Positions 60,408 to 64,000 of a stretch of 64,000 nucleotides of DNA are shown in pieces. The stretch is taken from positions 854-64,853 of the forward strand of contig CAMUDX010000005.1 in assembly GCA_947087745.1 (NCBI GenBank), read 5' to 3'. The translations under genes and the position numbers were made by a program. The DNA comes from an uncultured Clostridium sp. Lineage in GTDB: Bacteria; Bacillota; Clostridia; TANB77; CAG-508. The notes beneath the pieces were generated by a model, which worked only from the letters and a program-made list of their open reading frames with translations, searched no databases and was not told the DNA's origin. Position 1 is the stretch's first letter; the number at the start of each line of letters is the position of its first letter.

Positions 60408-61442
60408 TTATTTTTGACTACCTTCTTTGTCCTTTTCAAACTCTTCTATCATCTTTTCCACTGCTTTATTTTCTACAAATCTTTCCGCTTGTTTTATTGT
60501 GGATTCAAATAATCTTTCATCACTACTTCCATGTGCTTTTACTACTGGTTTATTAACTCCTAAAAATAGTGCTCCTCCATATGATTTATAGTCCATTGCT
60601 TTTTTTAGATTCTTTATTGCTGGTAATGATGGTAATGCACATATTTTTGTTAATAAATTTTTTGCAAAACTTTCTGTTAGATTCCTTTTTACAAATTTTC
60701 CTAATCCTTCTGCTGTTTTTAAAAATACATTTCCTGTAAATCCATCTGTTACTATTGCATCTATCTTCCCAGAAAATGCATCTCTTCCTTCTACATTCCC
60801 TACAAAATTGATTCCTAATTCTTGTGATTTTTCTTTTAATAATTTATATGATTCTTTTGTTAATTCATTACCTTTTGTTTCTTCTGTTCCTATATTTAAT
60901 AACCCAATTGCTGGCTTTTCTATTCCAAATGTGTTTTTTAAATATATTGTTGACATTTGTGCAAATTGTAATAAATTCATTGGCTTGCAGTTTGTGTTTG
61001 ATCCTGAATCTATTAATAATAATTGACTTTTATATGATGGTAATATTCCTGCTAGTGCAGGTCTATCTATTCCTTTTATTCTTCCTACTAATAATGTCGC
61101 TCCAGCTAATAGCGCTCCTGAATTTCCTGCTGATATGAATACATCGCCTTCTCCATTTTTTAACATTTTAAATCCTACTACCATAGATGAGTCTTTTTTG
61201 TGTTTTATTGCATCTGTTGGACCATCTTCCATTTCTATTGTTTCTGTTGCATTTTTTATTTTTAGTCTGTCTGATATTTCTTCCATTTCTTTTTTATAGA
61301 ATTCTTTTATCTTTTTTCTTATTATTTCTTCTTTGCCTATTAGTATAAGTTCTGCTTTTATTTGGTTTATTGCTGTTATTGCCCCTTTAATATTTGCATC
61401 TGGTGCATTATCGCCACCCATTGCATCTAATAATATTTTCAA
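60408..61442 (-). CDS. plsX: Phosphate acyltransferase PlsX
   Basis: MKILLDAMGGDNAP...SAGNSGALLAGA...VKAHGSSD. Confidence 0.95.
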   Translation of the reverse strand: MKILLDAMGGDNAPDANIKGAITAINQIKAELILIGKEEIIRKKIKEFYKKEMEEISDRLKIKNATETIEMEDGPTDAIKHKKDSSMVVGFKMLKNGEGDVFISAGNSGALLAGATLLVGRIKGIDRPALAGILPSYKSQLLLIDSGSNTNCKPMNLLQFAQMSTIYLKNTFGIEKPAIGLLNIGTEETKGNELTKESYKLLKEKSQELGINFVGNVEGRDAFSGKIDAIVTDGFTGNVFLKTAEGLGKFVKRNLTESFAKNLLTKICALPSLPAIKNLKKAMDYKSYGGALFLGVNKPVVKAHGSSDERLFESTIKQAERFVENKAVEKMIEEFEKDKEGSQK

Positions 61443-61586
61443 TTTTGCTTCCTCCTGTTTTATATTGTATTTTTAATAGATTTATTTTATTATTCTTTTT
61501 TGAAAAAAGCAATACTTTTACTCAATTATCAGTATTATTTTTGTTTTCTACATTACTATTATACTTCTTTGCTCTCTATATTGATG

Positions 61587-61617
61587 AGAAAAACTTCCAG
61601 TATACTGGAAGTTTCTC
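61587..61617 (-). terminator. Terminator hairpin built on a 22-bp perfect palindrome
   Basis: AACTTCCAGTATACTGGAAGTT with flanking GAGAAA/TTTCTC. Confidence 0.6.
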
Positions 61618-61675
61618 ATTAAACAAGTTGAACTCATCTACAATTTGCTACATAAATAGATTTTTTTCCGAAAAG

Positions 61676-61864
61676 CTAGATTCTTACCTGAAACATTGAG
61701 CGATTATACTCCATTCTTCCTTCCAGGTCATTAATCCCTTCCTTATTATCTTTGAATATTTCTTCAATTTCCTCATATGTAAGCCCAGTCTGTTCCATCA
61801 AATCATCCATGTTGATGATTTGATTTACTTCTACGAAACTTTTAAGCTGTTTTTGTGTAATCAT
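61676..61864 (-). CDS. Hypothetical 62-aa protein (GC-richer island)
   Basis: ORF with a downstream terminator. No motif recognised. It abuts the IS1634 copy. Confidence 0.45.
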   Translation of the reverse strand: MITQKQLKSFVEVNQIINMDDLMEQTGLTYEEIEEIFKDNKEGINDLEGRMEYNRSMFQVRI

Positions 61865-62104
61865 CTTGCTATTCTCCTTTTCTGTGCTGAATGTGAGTTC
61901 ACTTGTTTTTAGTTCTGCCTTTAGGCTTTTTAATTATACCACATCATTATCTCTTTTTCAATAATCTATGTAGACTTTTGCAAACCTCCCGAGTTTGCCA
62001 CTTAACAAACAAAAATTTTTAACTTTTTGCAAGTAAGCACTTGCTTTTTTTGTATTCTATTGATATAATGTGCTTGTCGGTATATAAGTATATGTTGAAT
62101 AGGA

Positions 62105-63950
62105 ATGGAGAATATCTTTATGTATGTAGAATGCTTTAAAAATAACGGTATTAGTTATCTTAGATTAGTACAAAGTAATCGAGTAAAAAATTCTAAAGGA
62201 ATTAAAACAGCTCGAAAAAAAGTAATATATAATATTGGACCTCTTTCAAAATTTGACGATGGTAAACCAAATTATGTAGAACGTTTAAAAAAATCTTTTA
62301 AGACTGGAAATCCAATTATCTCTTCTTTAGAAAAATATTGTGGCACAGTCAATGTTCCAATTATTCATAAATTTGCCATTACAGAAGGTAGTCCTGATTG
62401 TTTTGGTAATCCTAAAATCTTTTCTAATATTTTAATTGAGAGAATTTTAGAAGAAATTGGTATAAGAAATTTATTTGCTTCTTACAAGGGCTTTTCTAAA
62501 ATACAATATGATGTTTATGGATTTGCAAAACTTTTAATTGTTGGTAGACTCTTAAATCCTGCTTCTAAGTCTTCTACAATAAATCAAAATGATAACTACT
62601 ATTTACCAATTTTAGATAATTTCAATCCTGATAATGTATATGATACCTTAGATTTCATTTTTAAAAATAAAGATAAAATTATCAGAAGAATAAATACAAA
62701 TCTTGTTAAAAAAGCTAATCGTTCACCTAAAATAATTTATTATGATGTGACTAATTTTTACTTTGAAATTGAACATCCTGATGATGACATTTTAGATGGA
62801 AACAATAATATTATTCAAAAAGGTATTAGGAAAAATGGTGTTTGTAAAGAAGAAAGAAAATTGCCAGTAGTACAAATGGGTTTATTCATGGACGATAATG
62901 GTATTCCAATTTCGATTGAATCCTTCCCTCGGAAATACATTAGACCATCTTACTCTTAAACCTGCTCTAAAAAATAATATAGATAATTTTGAGTTCTCAA
63001 GATTTATACTAATTTCAGATAGAGGCATTTTTCAATATAGAAATTTACTGAATGTTTTGCAAGCTGGAAATGGTTACATAGTTGCTAAAAGTCTTTTGAA
63101 AAGTACTCAAAAGGAACGAGATTGGACTTATGATGACAATGATTATGTTAAAGTTAGCGAGAATTTTAAATATAAGTCTAGAGTTGTAAAAAGAATTATT
63201 AAAGATGAAAATAATATTAAACATACTATTGAAGAAAAAGTAGTTGTTTATTGGAGTAAAAAATTTCAAGAAAGAGCAGAAAAAGAAAATAAATCTTTTC
63301 TGGATTTCATAAATAAATTGCAGGATACTCCTGAAAACTTTAGACTAACTGCTTTACAAAATAAAAGCATTAGAAATTTTCTAAAAAAAGAATATATTAA
63401 TAAATGTACAGGAGAAATCTTAATTTCATCAGAAATAAAGCCTATGTTAGATTTTGAAAAAATTAATGCATACACTAAAAGTTTAGGATATTACCAAATT
63501 GTAACATCTGAATTAAATATGGCAGAAACTGAAGTTATAGATAAATACCATGGACTGACACAAATTGAAGAACAATTTAGAACAATGAAAAGCACTCTTG
63601 AAACAAGACCTCTTTATGTAAGAACGCCTGAACATATAGAAGCTCATCTTCTAATTTGCCTCATTTCACTTATCATTTTAAGAATAATACAAAAAAGAAT
63701 TATAGCTTCAAATCAGATACCAATAAGTGAAGATATGTACTGGACAACAGGAATAAACGGAAACAGAATACAAGATGCTCTTAATAAATGGCTGGTTGAT
63801 TTAATGCCAAATCAGCTCTATCGATTTATGAATATAGAAGACCATGATTTACAAATAATACTTAAGGCATTTGAAATAACTATTCCAAAAAAGTTATTTA
63901 CATTAGGAGAACTAAAAAACTTAAAAACTAATATCAAAGTTTTCATATAG
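62105..63950 (+). pseudogene. IS1634-family (IS4-like DDE) transposase with a +1 frameshift at 62930
   Basis: MYVECFKNNGISYLRLVQSNR... and ...GIPISIESFP. After skipping C62930 the frame continues GNTLDHLTLKPAL...ISDRG...YHGLTQIEEQFRTMKS. Element ends are not resolved. GGTATATAA recurs directly at 62079, 63950 and 63964. Confidence 0.8.
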
Positions 63951-64000
63951 GTATATAAATGTAGGTATATAAAATTCAAAATTTTAAAAGTTTGACTTAT

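Overview
This is a very AT-rich chromosomal segment from a spore-forming, Clostridia-type Firmicute (spo0A, sigH, SpoIVFB-like protease). I saw no rRNA, tRNA or CRISPR array. Almost all genes lie on the minus strand, and I found no replication-origin strand switch.

**Layout**
- **1-8.3 kb, decayed accessory/mobile patch:** a partial PurA-like gene coupled to a NUDIX gene, an IS110 element, a broken large serine recombinase carrying an IS3 remnant, an ORF6N protein, a frameshifted M15 peptidase, a 30-bp perfect palindrome, and an orphan nuclease-like ORF.
- **8.3-23.5 kb:** spo0A, yigZ, an M23/M50 pair, a thioester adhesin with its sortase, an HD-GYP protein, mraZ-rsmH-ftsL, and two frameshifted accessory genes.
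- **23.6-31.8 kb, surface locus:** two cohesin-like proteins, two sortases, and a dockerin-bearing peptidoglycan hydrolase.
- **31.8-61.9 kb, housekeeping genes in an unusual order:** rlmB, lepA, an SPFH/zinc-ribbon module, rnc, sigH, pepV, rarA, ruvA, murE, dapF, aspS, cdsA, uppS, frr, pyrH, acpP, plsX.
- **62.1-63.95 kb:** a frameshifted IS1634-type transposase.

**Observations most worth a second look**
1. Four independent +1 frameshifts are each repaired by skipping one C that makes an in-frame CGG just before a Gly codon. I saw CGG in none of the housekeeping ORFs.
2. A 105-aa membrane-anchored protein has Cys or Ser at every third residue over 22 consecutive triplets.
3. A cluster of three perfect DnaA boxes plus one near-perfect box, with trio-like triplets, lies far from any dnaA gene.
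4. A 426-bp mraZ-rsmH spacer carries about 14 same-strand copies of TCTTTNG.
5. A NUDIX gene is translationally coupled to a PurA-like gene whose P-loop is altered.
6. The cohesin/dockerin/sortase locus may anchor an autolysin.

All calls come from reading the sequence and recalling family motifs. No searches were run.
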